From Tubiluchus corallicola (Eukaryota > Animalia > Priapulida), in the NCBI GenBank assembly GCA_030141605.1, contig JAQGDQ010000050.1, positions 73,971 to 137,970 of the forward strand: a stretch of DNA of 64,000 bases, in the 5' to 3' direction. Both the position numbers and the translations under genes were made by a program. Each line of letters opens with the position of its first letter. Position 1 is the stretch's first letter. This document shows, piece by piece, positions 11,210-45,337 of this stretch. Below the pieces are notes generated by a model. That model did no database searches, was not told where the DNA came from, and was given only the letters and a program-made list of their open reading frames with translations.

Positions 11210-11828
11210 AGGAAGACAGGATGATTTTTCATATACTACCCCATTTTCAAGTCCGTCAAAAAGTAAATATTTTAACACAATTAATATTGCAAAAGCGTTT
11301 CTGGTAATTGAATAATAATTTTAAAATTTAATTAACGGCAGACATGCCCAACTATTGATGACATCACAAACTAACATAATTTTCAACAGCAAAGATATTC
11401 CACGAGCGTGTTGCACGTGTTTGCGAAAGCGAAAATTGAAGTACAGTGCTACTGTAAGATATTCAGTGTGTTGTACTAAAACTGGGCAAGTTTTAGAGTA
11501 AAAATTCAAATTTCGAATTTACTGCTGTGCTCACGCCTGAGCTGTTGAATGTGTGTAGTTCGTCACAAACTAATAAATCTGAACTGAGAGGTACAGCACT
11601 TGTTTTTTGTGCAATGCGTTTCCGAAATGCAGGCCCTAGTGCCCGTCTAACTAGCGAATGGCAAAATGCGTGAAACAGCGAAGAACTAGTGGCACGAACG
11701 TGAAATTGTGCTTGTGTGGTAATAATTCTTTCACGTAAGTAATTTTTGAAAAAAAATGCTGTTTCCTTTCAATATTTTAAAGAGTAGATTGTTTTGACAT
11801 ACAGTTTAAGGTAGGGTTTGGTTTTGCT
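11210..11828. mobile_element. ~620-bp non-autonomous TIR element (MITE), TTAA-flanked, Kolobok-like; copy 1
   Basis: Collinear with 22733-23353 along its length. Ends TTAA..AGGAAGACAGGA and GGTTTTGCT-TTAA form imperfect inverted repeats. No ORF. Confidence 0.8.
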
Positions 11829-11929
11829 TTAACAGACAACATTAGCGCTAACGGTTATTTAGCGACTTACACTTTAGCGACGGACTCAACACACAAATAA
11901 CGAATTACATAAATAACATGTAGGGTACA

Positions 11930-12013
11930 TGCCCTGGCGTTGACAACTGCTAGTATCGAACTCAAGACTGCGTGGTTGCAGTCTGAAATCGAAACCACTC
12001 GGTCACCCAACCC
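11930..12013 (-). mobile_element. tRNA-derived SINE head (Pol III A/B boxes)
   Basis: Minus strand GGTGACCGAGTGG (A-box-like) ... GAGTTCGATAC (B-box-like) at tRNA spacing, but no paired acceptor stem. Confidence 0.5.
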
Positions 12014-13142
12014 AGGACAAACGTAACACACGTGAACGTAATAATCTACTGTTTTTGGCGCGAGTAAACCACACTGGACCAGGCATAGTAAAATGAGAAA
12101 CACGGCCATGCTCGCGGCTTTGGATGTGAATTCATTCAGCAATACTAAGGTGCACGCTACTGGGCAAACAAACTGTAATTTAGATGACAGGCGTAGATGG
12201 CAGCACTCAGCAATCCGCACCTGAAAAATTCTAGCATGTACGCCTTTACATGCGGTAGCGGCCACTGTGTTCGACATAAGTTGGCAAATCTTGTTTTTAA
12301 GACGCTAGAAATTATTTTGCAATGAATAAAATCGTCAAAAAACCTGCGAAGTTTATGACTTATCAGTTAATTGAAAATCAAAGAAATGTCTTTTTCATGA
12401 TTTTTTGACCTCCCGAAAGGTGGCAGGATCAGTATGGATGTTTGACGTAACTGTGTAAGTAAGGATCAAAGTAAGGATTTTGAGTAAGGATCAAATGAAC
12501 CAAGGTACAAATTAGATATAATTTTATCAAAGTTACGTTCCATTTTATTAGGACAAAAATTATTTCCTCTTTAATGGTGATTCGGCTTCACAATTATTTC
12601 TCTTTTTAACTAAAAACAAAGAGCATTTTATTTACCTGAATTTTTTGGCATAAAAACGACTAGTATAGATGTTATCAATTTGCTTTTTTGAAGTCATTTC
12701 AAATGCTTATCCCAATAAAATTGAAGAAATTCGTAATTCGTGGGGCGAAATGAGAGAAAATTACATTGTTGCTAATGTACTACAGATATTAATCAGTACA
12801 ATTCCTGACATACATAGTATAAGGTCCACTAAATTCGCATTTAGTATTTCCAGTTTCATCTTTTTTACAAGAAGTCGTATCGCTAAAAAGCTTTTCCGCA
12901 AAATGACGCCTACTTCTCGATAATTTTGCAAGTTTTAATTAGAAAAGGTGGAATGTCGAATTTAACGTCAGAAATTGAGTGTCTGAAGCCAACATAACGT
13001 GCGCGCGCACGTCAGCTGACACCGATTCGAGAAGCCATCATGCTTCTATGTACATTGTCGCACGTAACCAATTGATGGAATTTACAAGTTATAAGAAGAA
13101 AAACAATATGTAGTTGCGTTGTGATTGGTAAAGTTTGAAAAA

Positions 13143-13164
13143 ATGGAAAAGATAGCCGTAGCAA
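13143..13164 (+). CDS. Candidate first coding exon of the synaptotagmin gene (MEKIAVA, phase 1)
   Basis: ATG..GCAA|GTGAGT strong donor; phase 1 fits the 16356 acceptor and gives a 426-aa protein. CCAAT boxes and a CpG-rich patch lie at 12990-13130. No homology support. Confidence 0.4.
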
Positions 13165-13439
13165 GTGAGTATTACGTGCATGTTTATTGACAACGTTGGA
13201 ATATCTGTAATTATTTAAATAAAACTATATGTGGAAATTATATGTTCAAAGTCGAACATTTGAAAAACGAAAAAATATGAGTAAACGTGTCAGGTTATAA
13301 ATAGTTTACATATTTTATTCCACGTAATAAATACTTTCTGTAAACTTTACATCTAATTAAAACTCTCACCTATGTATATGCAAATTGCTAGTGAATAGGT
13401 TTTATTACTAGCCCAACAATATCTTTCACCACGTATTAA

Positions 13440-14900
13440 GCAATAGCTACAAACTCGATGGCGGTCTTGCGCTTCTGCGGAGAAGTCACTTTATTTTAAC
13501 GCGGATGAACGTTAATTTTAACGTTCATGAAATTGGTGACCAAAAATTCTGATACACGATTTTTATGTCAACAGAAGATAATTATTAGTAATTTTCTTAA
13601 TGCTTATTTATAAATGTATAATTGTAATTATAAAAGTATATTTACCATATGATTCACCTGAAAACTATGATGCGTTTAGAGACTGTTTTGGCATATTAGA
13701 TGCATCTATTGAAACTGCTGACACCAATATCGCCTGCGCACTGGGTGATTTCAATTCTGACTCAAATAAGGAATTCCGTCGTGCCCTTACCAGAATGTGC
13801 AGTGCTAGTAGATATTATGCTGTCTGATTTAAACATGTTAGCTGATGACACCTACCTGTACTTATCTCGGTCTTTCTTATGACGTACTGCACTATTGTTT
13901 TTCAACGTTTCATATGCGCAATAGTATTGTTAATATGAATATTTTGAACAATTGTAATATTTATAATCATTACTTTTGTGTCTCACTATTGACATGAGGC
14001 CCTTTTCTTTATCTCTGGTAACGTCAGTGATTCTACACCATTATCAAGGATCCTCAAAGTCCGGGCAGATGCACCTAATTGGGGCAATGAACAGCTTTGT
14101 GATTTGCTCACCGTAAATAGTGAAATTGTGAGATGTTATGGGCAAATGTCCTTTTCCAACTACCCCCAGGCTATTAATGGATAACTTGTGCGATGATATA
14201 ATTTCATTAGTACGTAATGCAGATATGCGGTTTTACATACCAGAAGCTCAGCAAATAATATCATTCCTGGTTGGAATGATTACGTAAAAGAAAAATATCT
14301 TGGTCCAGATTAATCTTGTTTGTATAGAAACAGCAAGCTCTCTTCGTTTCGGCAACGTGTATGATGAAATGAAGCGATCCCTTGCTAGATTTCGTCTTGC
14401 TTTAAGATATTGTAAAATAACGACAATACTATCAAAAATGATAAATTGGCGCCCAGCTTGTTTGCTAATTCTAGTTATGAATTTGCAAAAGCATTTTTAC
14501 GATAATAACAATAATATCCCATTGCATTCAAAAGTGGCGAAGCCAAAGGTGTAAAAGACATGTGAACTGTGGAAAAACTATTACAACAAGTTTCTCTCTT
14601 GACTTTCATAATGTGTTAATTCTTTATTTTTACCTTTTATTGATACGTGTAATCATCGTTATACCTCACGCAATACGTAACTTTACCTTAATATCTCTCA
14701 TAAAGCCAAAGAGTCTAGATACTTCTAGTCAAGATAATCAGAAGCCTATTCTAGAGCTTTTAGCAAACAACTTGAACTGTTATAGAAAGTGTGAAAACTT
14801 GTATAACATGTCTGATAATTAGTTTGCTTCAAGAAAAGTCATGCTACTGAATTATGTATTTATACATTAAAGAGACTTGTTTTTACTTATCGTGCAAAAA
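13440..14900 (+). mobile_element. Decayed non-LTR retrotransposon ORF2 (AP-endonuclease plus start of RT); clade uncertain
   Basis: GGLALLRRS, VYLPYD...ALGDFNSD (APE), IPGWNDYVKE, MKRSLARFRLALRYCK, QDNQKPI (NYRPI-like), FKKSHATELCIYTLK, in the expected order with many disruptions. Confidence 0.82.
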
Positions 14901-16355
14901 ATATCCGGAACTTTGTTTTGTTGTCAAAAGTAGGACGTCCGGCCGGGTTAATCACAGAAATTAATTTCGTTAATTTTTTATATTACTAACACGATCGTCT
15001 GCACTTGCACTCAATAAATAACATTTGATTCCTACACTTGATTAACTACAAAACTACTTATAAAACGGTGTATTTTGTATATTCTTATACTACATTTGCT
15101 AAATGTTGTAAGTTATTAAATTGTTCTTTTTAATTTTTACAAACTTTACTTTGCATATTACTTTTGCTGAACATTCTAATTAAATTGAAACAGATCCTAT
15201 TTCTATTTAAAAATGCCAAGGGCTCCAATATGATATTGTTTAATATATTTGGTCCTAATGAAGTAATAAGTTGTAATAGAAAAAGCTGTTGATCTGTTGG
15301 CAGTGTGTTACAGGTGCACTTGCATAGTTTAATTTTTGCGCATTTCGCAATAACCTATTAAAATAAAATAATCAGGGTTGAAAACAATTAGTTTGTATCA
15401 TAGGAGGGGAGAGGACGGTGTGACAGTACAGTTTACTTTGCACTGGGCCCGAAATATCCTGATGTCCAAATGTTCGTTTCCAAAAGTACTTTTCGCCCTT
15501 TCTCTTTCTTTCTGCATCTTCTCTCTCCCTTTCTCTAGTTCTGTTATTTATGCGATCCCGCACGTGTGTGAACGTGGGCTTATGTCTTTTCTTTCTTTCA
15601 TTTACTGTTTTCTCGTCTATTTTCCATTTTGGGGCGCTTTAAGGTCAACCACTGTGGCTTTGCAGCATGACAATCATTTACTTCTGTCATATTGATTTGC
15701 TGCCTGGGGTTTGACAGTGGTTATATGTACTGTACTTATGTTGACAGCATCGGGTCGTATAATATTATTGACGCGTTGAGTGGCTTCATCTTTTCTGCTG
15801 TGTAGGTTGAGAAGGCCTCGCGGTAATTGTAATTCCATGAGAATGAATGCATCACACAAGTACTAATAAAACGTCTCCAGCTAAGGGACAAGACAAAAGG
15901 TTTACCTACTGGACATGAATATGAAATTTATGTCATTTTATATGACTTATATTTGACGTCAGTAAAGTTATAGGCCGCTATGCCATAAAGAATTTAATCG
16001 AATGTTGACATTTGTTTCTCGCAAACCCTGGTGAAGCGCGACAAAAATAATTCCAATTGCGTTCACATTGTAATTTACCATAAAATTTATAGCCATTTTT
16101 AGTCTGTATGATTAGTGCATACAAATTTATAATAATGTGTAAGTCCAATACTATCCAAATAAATGTAACTATTGGTACGCCTCATCACCAGCAGATGTCC
16201 GCACTCATAACAATAGTTTATACTTTTCAAATTTTTCACTTGTTTCAGTTTTAATACAGTTTTATTGACAGAGATTTATCCAATCATTTCAAATTTAACA
16301 TATTTGTTGTTTGTGATATTTTTAGTTAATTAGACCTGATGTTTGTTTATTACAG

Positions 16356-26535
<10,180 letters not shown>

Positions 26536-29081
26536 AGGATGTCCAGCAACGGCAACTACCACTACAATTACGCAAATGTGGCCCTAAACTATCAACTCAG
26601 ATAGCAGTTTATACTTTCGTCTATAGTTTTATGTTAAAAGAGGCTCACTCGGCTGTTTCGAGTGACATATTAAAAAAAAACAAGCACAATCATCATGATG
26701 GAAACATGGCTAGGTTGAGATTAGAGGCCACGTTTAGAAGATACACTGTCTTTCTGACTACGGAATACGGTAAATTAAAAAAAAACACAGGCCTACACGA
26801 ATCTTGCAACTTCTACCCACATATTTGGAAGGAGACTAGGGCCAAAAAATTAAAAACAAACATTAATTTTCAATCTAGCTGCCTGCTTAAATGGAGCTAA
26901 GGGAATGCACTGTTCTTGTTGCCGTTGCTGGATAAGGCGAACATCGCTTTGAACTATTTTTGTAAAAACAGCAAGACTGTAATCTGAAGGTTTTGAATTA
27001 TTCTAAGGCATCTAGGAGCAGTAAAGGAGTTTGAAGGAAAAATAGTATAAGCTAGCCTTGATTTAAAAGAGTACAGTTCAGTCCCTGTTTACATAAAGTG
27101 AAAAATCCTAATTCTAACGAAGGCAGTCAGTTCTCTTTGTAATTAAGGAAGATGCATATAGCTTTGTAATATTTGCCGCATGACTTCTTTAATTTATATT
27201 TCCTGAATCTATAATTACTGATGATAGTAAGTACAAACTAGGCATCTCCAGTCGACAGGAAGGAAGGGAAGTAGCATTGACATTGTGTAACAACTTCCTT
27301 GACACTCATTACAAATTTCTGGTGTGAAATAAGAGCTTGTCTTAGCTACTGCAATATGAGGCCACATTATTGCACCTTGTTGACGGAACATGATACAAAA
27401 TAAATAATAATTTGTGTTACCTTGATAAGATTTTTATTGTCTATAATATTGTATAGTCACCTTTGTCCATTGCTCTCTAATAACTGTCGTACGCTCGTTG
27501 AGGCTCAGACCCACCACAGGAATACCCTCATGGGGTACAACATGCGTGTACATTTTTATTTAATTATTATGGATTGCGGAAAAAATTAAGTGAAATTAAA
27601 TCGGAACGATAGTGACAGCTTTTTGAAATGCAAGTTCTGTTTATCAATTTGTTTACAATCAAGTTTAGAAAATGTCACAGCTAGATGATCAATAAGTCTA
27701 AAATTAAACGTTTATGCGTAAACAATTAATAACTAGTAATGTGCTAGGTAAGTAATGGTAATTGTAATGTTAATGATTGCTATTGTAACATAAATTTAAA
27801 TACTTTTTGTTGTTTTTTCACACAAATTAGGAATTCTCAGCATAATGTTATCAAATTCAGCGCAAAAATCATGTGAACTGTTTCTAACAAGAATTGCTTA
27901 AAATTGTTAACGAAAACATGTACTAGAGATTTAGTCAAAAACCAACCAGAAACTTGTTAATATCCTAACTGCTGTTTAAATCCTTTATATTATGAAGGCA
28001 GCTGTACATATTAGACGTCTGTGTGTTTAATTAAATTAATCCAGTTAAAAGAATAACTCATCATAGAACAAAGAAATTTAAAAGTTCTTAAACATGCTAA
28101 TTTTCCTCTTTTCTGAATTTTATGTATTACAATTATGTACTGTTAATTATCATTTAAGAATTTCTTTGGACATTCCTTTTAAAAGTTTAATAAAAGTTCA
28201 GTTACAGAGTGTTACTACAAGTGACAGTTAATTACTGCTCTTCATTTATAATTAAGCAGTAACTTTATATGCAATTTGTTCAGGCCTGCTAGCTTCTGGT
28301 ACAATACTAACTGTAATGCAGTTTTGCTGTAGATGGTTTCTTTTAGTTCAGTTCAGTTCCAGTTCACAGTGTTAAACTTACAAATACTCTTTTTGTGGCA
28401 AACAAGATAATGAAACAAATGCTTCATTACACGGTACTTTTGTTCCATCCATTGACTGTTAAAAAATCATTATGCAATGCATGACTGTTTTACTGGGACA
28501 AGAAGTTTAAGCTATGCAGTACAGTCGAAATAATAGTAATGATCAAACAATATATGCACAGCATTGATGATTTATTACCAACAATAACAATTTTGAATCA
28601 ATTTCAACCAGCAGCAAGCAGTTAAGTGCAACCAACTATTATTTACAATATACACTGTTTTATCTGTTTTGATCAGTACGAAACGTTTTATAAAATCAGG
28701 AAAGAATAAATTTGTGCAAAAGAGTCAAAAATATTCAATTGCACAACTTTACATTAAAAAATAAATCTTACACTTCTGCAAATAGTAAACACTTCATCAT
28801 TTGATTACCTTGTTAACTCGGCTCACAATTAATTAAATAATATTATTTTATAAGGAATAAAAAGAATAATTACTTCAAATTACAGCAGCATTTATGATGA
28901 AACTTATCTCATAGATGTTAGGTATGTTGCTAGTTGCAGTATACTTTACTAAGTTTACCTGAAGTGCATACCACACCAGTTGTATTAGTACATATACTGC
29001 ATTACAAAGTGCTTATATACATTGGCAAGTGATCATAGTGACATTTGCATTATTTCACAAGTCAAACATAATATTTAATAA

Positions 29082-29730
29082 TAAGGCTGGGCACGAAAAA
29101 TTTTGTTTCTGTTTTACCTCGTGAGCTCAAAAAAGGTCAATAGGGAGGGAGGAATTTTTTAAAATATTTTTGACACTTTCTGAACGTTTAAAGCTGAATC
29201 ATGAAATATTTAAATTCAGTTGAAATTAAAGTTTGTTTATTTCCCACTGGTTAGCAGTAATATTCAAATTTGTTTCAATGAACATTTTGTCACACTTTAT
29301 TTTTTAGTTTTTTGTTTCGCATTACTAAATTATCGTATAATTATCGATTATCGTACAGTCTCTTTTTATATGGTATGAACCCTTACATTATCGTATGTTC
29401 TGATGTTATAAGCAGCAACACTATTTGGCCGTTAATACGCTATCTGGTGGAAAGTACGATACTTTTTAGCCTTCAATACAATAATCAGCATCATACAAAA
29501 TGGTAACCCTGGCCGAGAGTTAGCCATAGAAAATCAAGGCTGCACCCTCGCCGAAATAATATAACGATTATTGCGTTTTACGGTTTAAATTAAAAAATGT
29601 GCTTTTATATGACTGCGGCAGGTAAGTATATGAACGTACAAAAAAGAATACATCCAATTGGATGTGCGACAAAAAAATTATTTGGGCGATTAGATGGACA
29701 CAGAAAGAAATATTTTTATTGTCGGCCTAA
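29082..29730. mobile_element. Probable MITE with imperfect TIRs between the synaptotagmin and PRRC1 3' ends
   Basis: TAAGGCTGGGCACGAAAAATTTTGTTTCTGT versus reverse complement of the right end TTAGGCCGACAATAAAAATATTTCTTTCTGT. Confidence 0.5.
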
Positions 29731-30095
29731 CTATCAAAGCCAATCAACTGAAAAGTTTTAAGCTGGCATATTGTTAAATGCATAATCAGTAATTTAATCA
29801 AGCAGCTTCAATTACCCATTTTGTAACCACTGCCTGTCAAATGTCAGAACAAAAACATTGCAATACAACGATAATCTTGGTCATATGTAATAAATTAAAA
29901 TATAACTTATTCTAAGAGCAATATCCACCACCTTTTTACTTGCTTGCTAACCCTATCTTGGTTTTCCATGATGACATGAGGGAGTTTACATGTTTGGTCA
30001 TGTATTTAAAATTAAAATTAGTTATTTTATAAATGTAAAATGGGGTATATAATATCTATATCTTTTTCGAATGACGTTTGCAGTTTTACACTCTG

Positions 30096-36272
<6,177 letters not shown>

Positions 36273-39200
36273 AATCGTAGTCTAGTTCAGCTATACCTAC
36301 AATTAAAAAATATTTGGATAGAAAATGGGTTCCAAAGTCAAGAACAAGCAAAGAATGTGTTCCATCATTCACAAAACTCTTTATATCGAAAACAATCAGA
36401 CAGAATGAACAGATGGCAATAACTGCTCCATTTTTAATAATGTGCACATGTCGGGCAGTTGTAGATTTTGGTCAAACACAACGTATTCTTTTGAAGATTA
36501 GCAAAAATACGTTGAATAATTTAAATGTTAAACTAGAAATCAGCACTTTTATGTATTATAAACTTGATTTAACACTTAAAATTTTTATTAATTTATCATA
36601 TTACTACAAAAAATTAATAAGAACTACCCCATATGCACCCCATGAACTATAAACAATTTTCTAGTCCTTAATGATCAATAAACAACAATCAAAGATGCTG
36701 CAAAATTGTCAAGTCATTTACATTTTTACAACATGTTCATCACCATCATTCTTTGAATTTCCTTCTACCTAAAAATAGTTTTAGAAAATGACTGAAAAAT
36801 ATAAAAAATACGTGTAGATTTTGTGGTGAAACAATTTGTGAAACAACTGTGGTGAAACAATTGTGGTGAAGCCCTACTTAAGAATGAACTTTGCTCAATT
36901 ATAAGCGTTAGGTAGTTAGCCAATTCTGGCACTCTATAATCTCCACTCTTAATTATGTAACAGGCACGATGATAATTGTACTTAATACACAGAGCTCATT
37001 AAATACAAAGGCAGCACTGTGACTTTACAATCCACAACCTCACCTCATGCATAGTTTTCATTATAGAGGGTTTTACGATAGGAATACTTTAAAAACTTAT
37101 TTTTCGTAATTAATTTATGCCAATATGTACAATACGAAATGTACAATATAGAGATATCAGAAATAATTTTAAATAAGATGTAGCCTAACAAATTGTGATT
37201 GGCAAGACAAATGATTATCGGCTTAGATCAAAAGGTAAACTTGAAAGATCTTGAAACAGGCAATACGGAATAATGCGGGTGCAGAAGGTGCAAAATAAAA
37301 GAAGGAAAGCATGAAAGGTAATGAATGTGAAGATGTGGTGAGAAATGTGATGAAATAATGGAGAATGAAAAGATGTAAGGATTAGATTTACATTAGAATA
37401 AGATGTAGGATTTACATTAATGAGCCATAGCATTATAACCCAAAACATATTAAGAGGTGAATCTTTATTTGTTAGTCTTGTGAATCAATTTTATAAGATA
37501 CTTTTGTTAGTAAACAATAACAAGTCACAGAGAGAAACAGAGTGAAGAAAGATCACGCGGAGTTGAGAAACACAATGAAGCTGACAGCCTAACTAGGCAT
37601 ACATTATTTGCACTATGAATGAATAATTAGTAAACTTTTTCTTAAATTCAATTCTCTGCATATGATGAATGTGTGTTGTGAGAAGGACTGAGAAAAACAA
37701 AAATATGTGTAAGTTAATTGAAAGACAAACTTTGACAGCCGCTAATTATGGCTGTGGTTCTGGGGTACCAAGGAAATCCTAAAGTTCATACATCAAGTAT
37801 GAGTCTAAGAGGCATGTACTTCTGATATCGTTTTTAGTTTTTCTTCATTTTACTAAAATTGACTAACTGTTTCGTCAAGTACTTTTGTGTTAAGATCTGT
37901 GTGTATATTTTGCAAGTAATATAATTCAAATGTCTTAATATCTATGTGACACTTACAAACAAATAGATATGTACGTTAGGCTACTCCTTATATATTTTAG
38001 GCTGTTTCACTAAATTTTGTAGATCAAGAAATCTCCCAGTGTGTTTATTGTGTGTGAGCAGTAGCCAATATCACTTTTTTGCAATTTTTTCGATCTCTGT
38101 TATAATACTAGTCAGCAGTATAGTACCATGTAAATATTGGGGTGGCTGACTCGTTAACATACGTTCATTCGCCACCCCTTTACGCATAATATGTTTGGCA
38201 TACATAACAACTAACAATTAATTATAATGTCATATTTGCATTTTACCTTAATTTATCTTTCACTAACACAGTAACAGGTGAAAAAAATAAATGAATTCTA
38301 ATTATAAATAAGTATCTTATAAAAATACAAACTCACAAAGGTAAAACTGATATCTTGCAAACAAAATACAAATCAACGAATTTCGTGAAAACACTGTCAA
38401 AATGAGAATAAAGGCAGATTCAGCGTAGACTCCCTAAAATAGCATCTGGCTAAGTAGCTGTAGGTTGCCACGTTTTCTGTTTTGGAAAACTAAAAATAAA
38501 AGACGCATCGTTTTTCCCCATGTTTCAGACTTCGTGACGCATCGCGCTGCCTTTCATCGACCAACTCATCGTCATCGGGGGGGGGGAGCCATAATCAGGG
38601 GATTCACTACGTTTCTTACCCGGAAAATTCTTATAAACGTGTTAGTGAATCTGGCTTTTGTTGTATAATCAAAATTTATTTGCACAGTTTGTTTTTGTAA
38701 AGTCTGTGGTCTCTCCACATGATCTGTCTATATTTAATACTTTAGGCATGACTTAAAGACCATGATTGAAACCGATGAAACCAGATCTATACCAGGTGGC
38801 TATCTGGCCAACGTGGTCATTACTCATTCAGATAGTATACGGTAGCTTTTACTGCTATTACAGGATTGGTTTGAAGAAACTAAAAAAAACTTGAAATTTA
38901 GTTTTGAGATTTTATTCTAAACTGTCTACATAATCAGAAAACAAGTGACCAAAATTACAGGTGAAATCAGTTAGGTGTTATGTTTAGAAATTATGCATTC
39001 ATAAAGACTGTAGAAGCCAATGAAATTTAAACTGTAAAGAGGAAGATTTAACAATTCTCACAAGAATACCTGAAGATGGCAGCACCATGCAAAAGTTAAA
39101 AAAAATGATGACCTTACAATATAAATTTAAATTTAGAGCAATCAAATAAATTTCTTCTGTCAACGTTAATGTCATCATTTCGCCTACATATTTTTGGCTA

Positions 39201-39379
39201 AATATACAGCTAAGGTGTTTTAAAAAGTTTGTTGTTTGTTTGGTTGTATTGGCATGACATACATAAAGGACGGGGTGGATGAGCATTAGTGGAATAAATA
39301 TGAAGAAAGTTTATTGGAGTTTGCATAACATTGCCTATTGTCAGTTCCTAAATTCGAGAATAATAAATACTTATTTGCA

Positions 39380-39725
39380 GAAGGGGCTAATAGCCTCTGC
39401 ATACAAGTGTTGTCAATTCATCTTTTTGCCAGAGCATCTATGCTTCTCTTAAACTTTTACTTAGTGGAGTCAGCCTCTGCATACAAGCACGTTATCTCTT
39501 CTATTAATAATCCTTTTTCTTTCTGTGTTTCTCGAGCTGCATTCGATTGTCAAATGACTAATGTTACTTTAGGCTAATATTGATTCGTATGGTCTAGGGG
39601 CAATAACTCTTTGGACTTCTTGATGCTTCACTCTTTCCAGCCCGTTTCACTGAATTTTCAAATTTGTTCATCTGCAAGTTTTCCAAATAAATTGCAAAAC
39701 AATAACTCGGTCCTATCCAATACCT
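39380..39725. repeat. Diverged partial copy of the repeat family that forms the 59.3-63.4 kb inverted repeat
   Basis: CTGCATACAAG, TTGTCAAATGACTAATGTTACTTTAGGCTAAT, AATTTGTTCATC and CTATCCAATA occur in the same order as in 62910-63412. Confidence 0.7.
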
Positions 39726-41261
39726 CTATTGCTTATGCATTCTTAGAATGCTCATTAGATTTTCATCCAGGGGTGCGTAAAACCAACAGCAAGTTCATCT
39801 AATTTGGATCCCGTGTTGCAGTGTAAACTTTATAAATGTTGTCAAACCAGTAACATTATTGCTCACTGATGTCAGTTTGCAAGATTTCCCTGAACAGAGC
39901 TGCTTGTGTTTATCTGTATAATTTTAGAAATGTGCTGTTTGTCTGATGGCAGCTGCTTTATGTGAACTATCAGCTGCCATAACAGTCACAGCTAGAGCCT
40001 GCTTTAGGGGTCAAATTAAATTCGAACGTAATTTTTTTGTTATTACTTCTAATGTAAAGTTACAGATTCAAGTAATTCAGCACCTCAACTATATGAGTTT
40101 TTTATCATTAAAATTTTTGAATTATTCAATTAGCACAGTTCAGCTGCAATTTCTGTGCACAGTTTTTAAACTAATTATTATAGGTTCGTGTTTTTACTAA
40201 AGAAAAACAAAATCAAGTAATACGCATAATCTTTGCGAGACAGTTTTTTGTTAGTGTTTCGAAAATTTATGTGAAACTCTTTAAAACTGAATTCGATTCC
40301 AGTTCGGAAATGTTGAAATTCAGTTTGATATGAGTTCAAAAGTCACAACTGCAATTCGATTTGAATGCACTTTCTGATAGAGAGTGACCAAACAAACTGT
40401 TTATACATCTGCATGATTTTCATTGGGAATTCTCGTGTTTTTTTCGTTGGCACGTCGCTTAAATAGAAAACGGCCTTTATGTTATTTTCTTGCAAATTTA
40501 AACAAAGTCTGCTTCTGATTGGTTGCCCACATAAAAATCCATACAGCTTTTGTAAAAGATCGCGGTTTGTCCAAACGATTATGCGAAATGCAAGAAGCCA
40601 CAAACCCATGAAATTCAGAAAACTCGGAGGCTGTAATATCCGTTACGTTTACCATGCCGAAAATCATGCAGAAAACTGTTCGGCTTCCAACAAGGAAATT
40701 CGTGCACATCTCGTCTGTTTAAACAGAACAGGCTTCCCCGCAAAGGAAATTCGTGCGCAACTCGTCCGTATAGATAGGAAGCAATTTTTAATTAGAATAA
40801 ATAATACGTTAGTATAACATTTTATTGGGTACTAAGAAACATGAACTCTGACTTGTATCAGTGGACCGTGTCAGATTAATCTACTTGTGGCTGCCGATAA
40901 GTGGCAGCAGCTGTGCGTCACAATCACGAGCTGCCTGTAAGAATGATGAAACCTTAAAATTAATGCGCTGAATATTTTTGATGATTTTAATTTTGTCGTA
41001 GTCTTATTTCCTAAATTATGGGGCCGCGACAACTCAACTAGTTTTGCTGTGTCCTTTGTTCTTTAAGTTGCTGCGCTTTTGCGATAAAAAGCAATGGTAT
41101 TTATTTTATCGTAGTCCAACTATTTTTGCGGAGGGATATTTCAAGTCGGATGTCGTGGGGATCGAACTTGCAGGTCACAGGATTCAGGGGAAAAACTTTG
41201 GAAAGTTTCGAATTTTAGTTCATAAAATCGATTTTAATTCTCCAGGCGGTGTTAAATATAA

Positions 41262-44690
<3,429 letters not shown>

Positions 44691-45146
44691 AAACCAGGAA
44701 ACTAAATTTCAGTCAATTGTAAATTAAATTGTAAAAAGTGTTTAGCTTCACCTATGATTTCTATTATTAGCTTTTATCTATTGTATCAATTAGATTATGA
44801 AAATGTGTTATAAATTTTACATGAATGTGTTTACTTATTTGGATAGATCTTGAACATCTTGAAAGCTAAAATTTCAAGTTAATGTTTTTAGCAAAGTTGA
44901 TAAGTAAAAAATTGACAAAAAACTGTAAACTACCTGTTAAAATTTACGTGTAAAAATCAAAATTGAATTAAAATTAATTACAGTATTTTTGTTTAGTGTA
45001 CATGAATAAAACCACTCTGCCTGATATGTCAATTGATATAGGCAGGTATGCGTTATGTCCTAAGGATGTTTATTGTGATAACTGGAGTTTATTAATAGGT
45101 TTTTGTTTACTCTAATTAACACACATATTGCGGGTTGGCTTTCAGA

Positions 45147-45337
45147 AATAATAGTAATGTCTCCATAATTTATAGAAAACCGTTCAGCTTTGCTTAGTAG
45201 ACATTTGTTGTAATGTTGCACTAGATCCATAATGTTGTACTAATAATAGTAATTTCTCCATAATTTATAGAAAACCATTTGGCTTTTCTCAGTAGACACT
45301 TGTTGTAATCTTGCACTAAATCCACAATGTTGTACTT
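45147..45337 (+). repeat. Diverged 2 x ~95-bp tandem duplication downstream of GABARAP
   Basis: AATAATAGTAAT.TCTCCATAATTTATAGAAAACC..AATGTTGTACT occurs twice. Confidence 0.85.

Noticed and set aside
11930-12013. Possible tRNA gene
   Set aside because: A/B-box-like motifs are present but the cloverleaf stems do not pair; treated as a SINE head.
40077-40090. TTCAGCACC half of an RE1/NRSE site
   Set aside because: The right half-site is missing and it is far from the neuronal gene.
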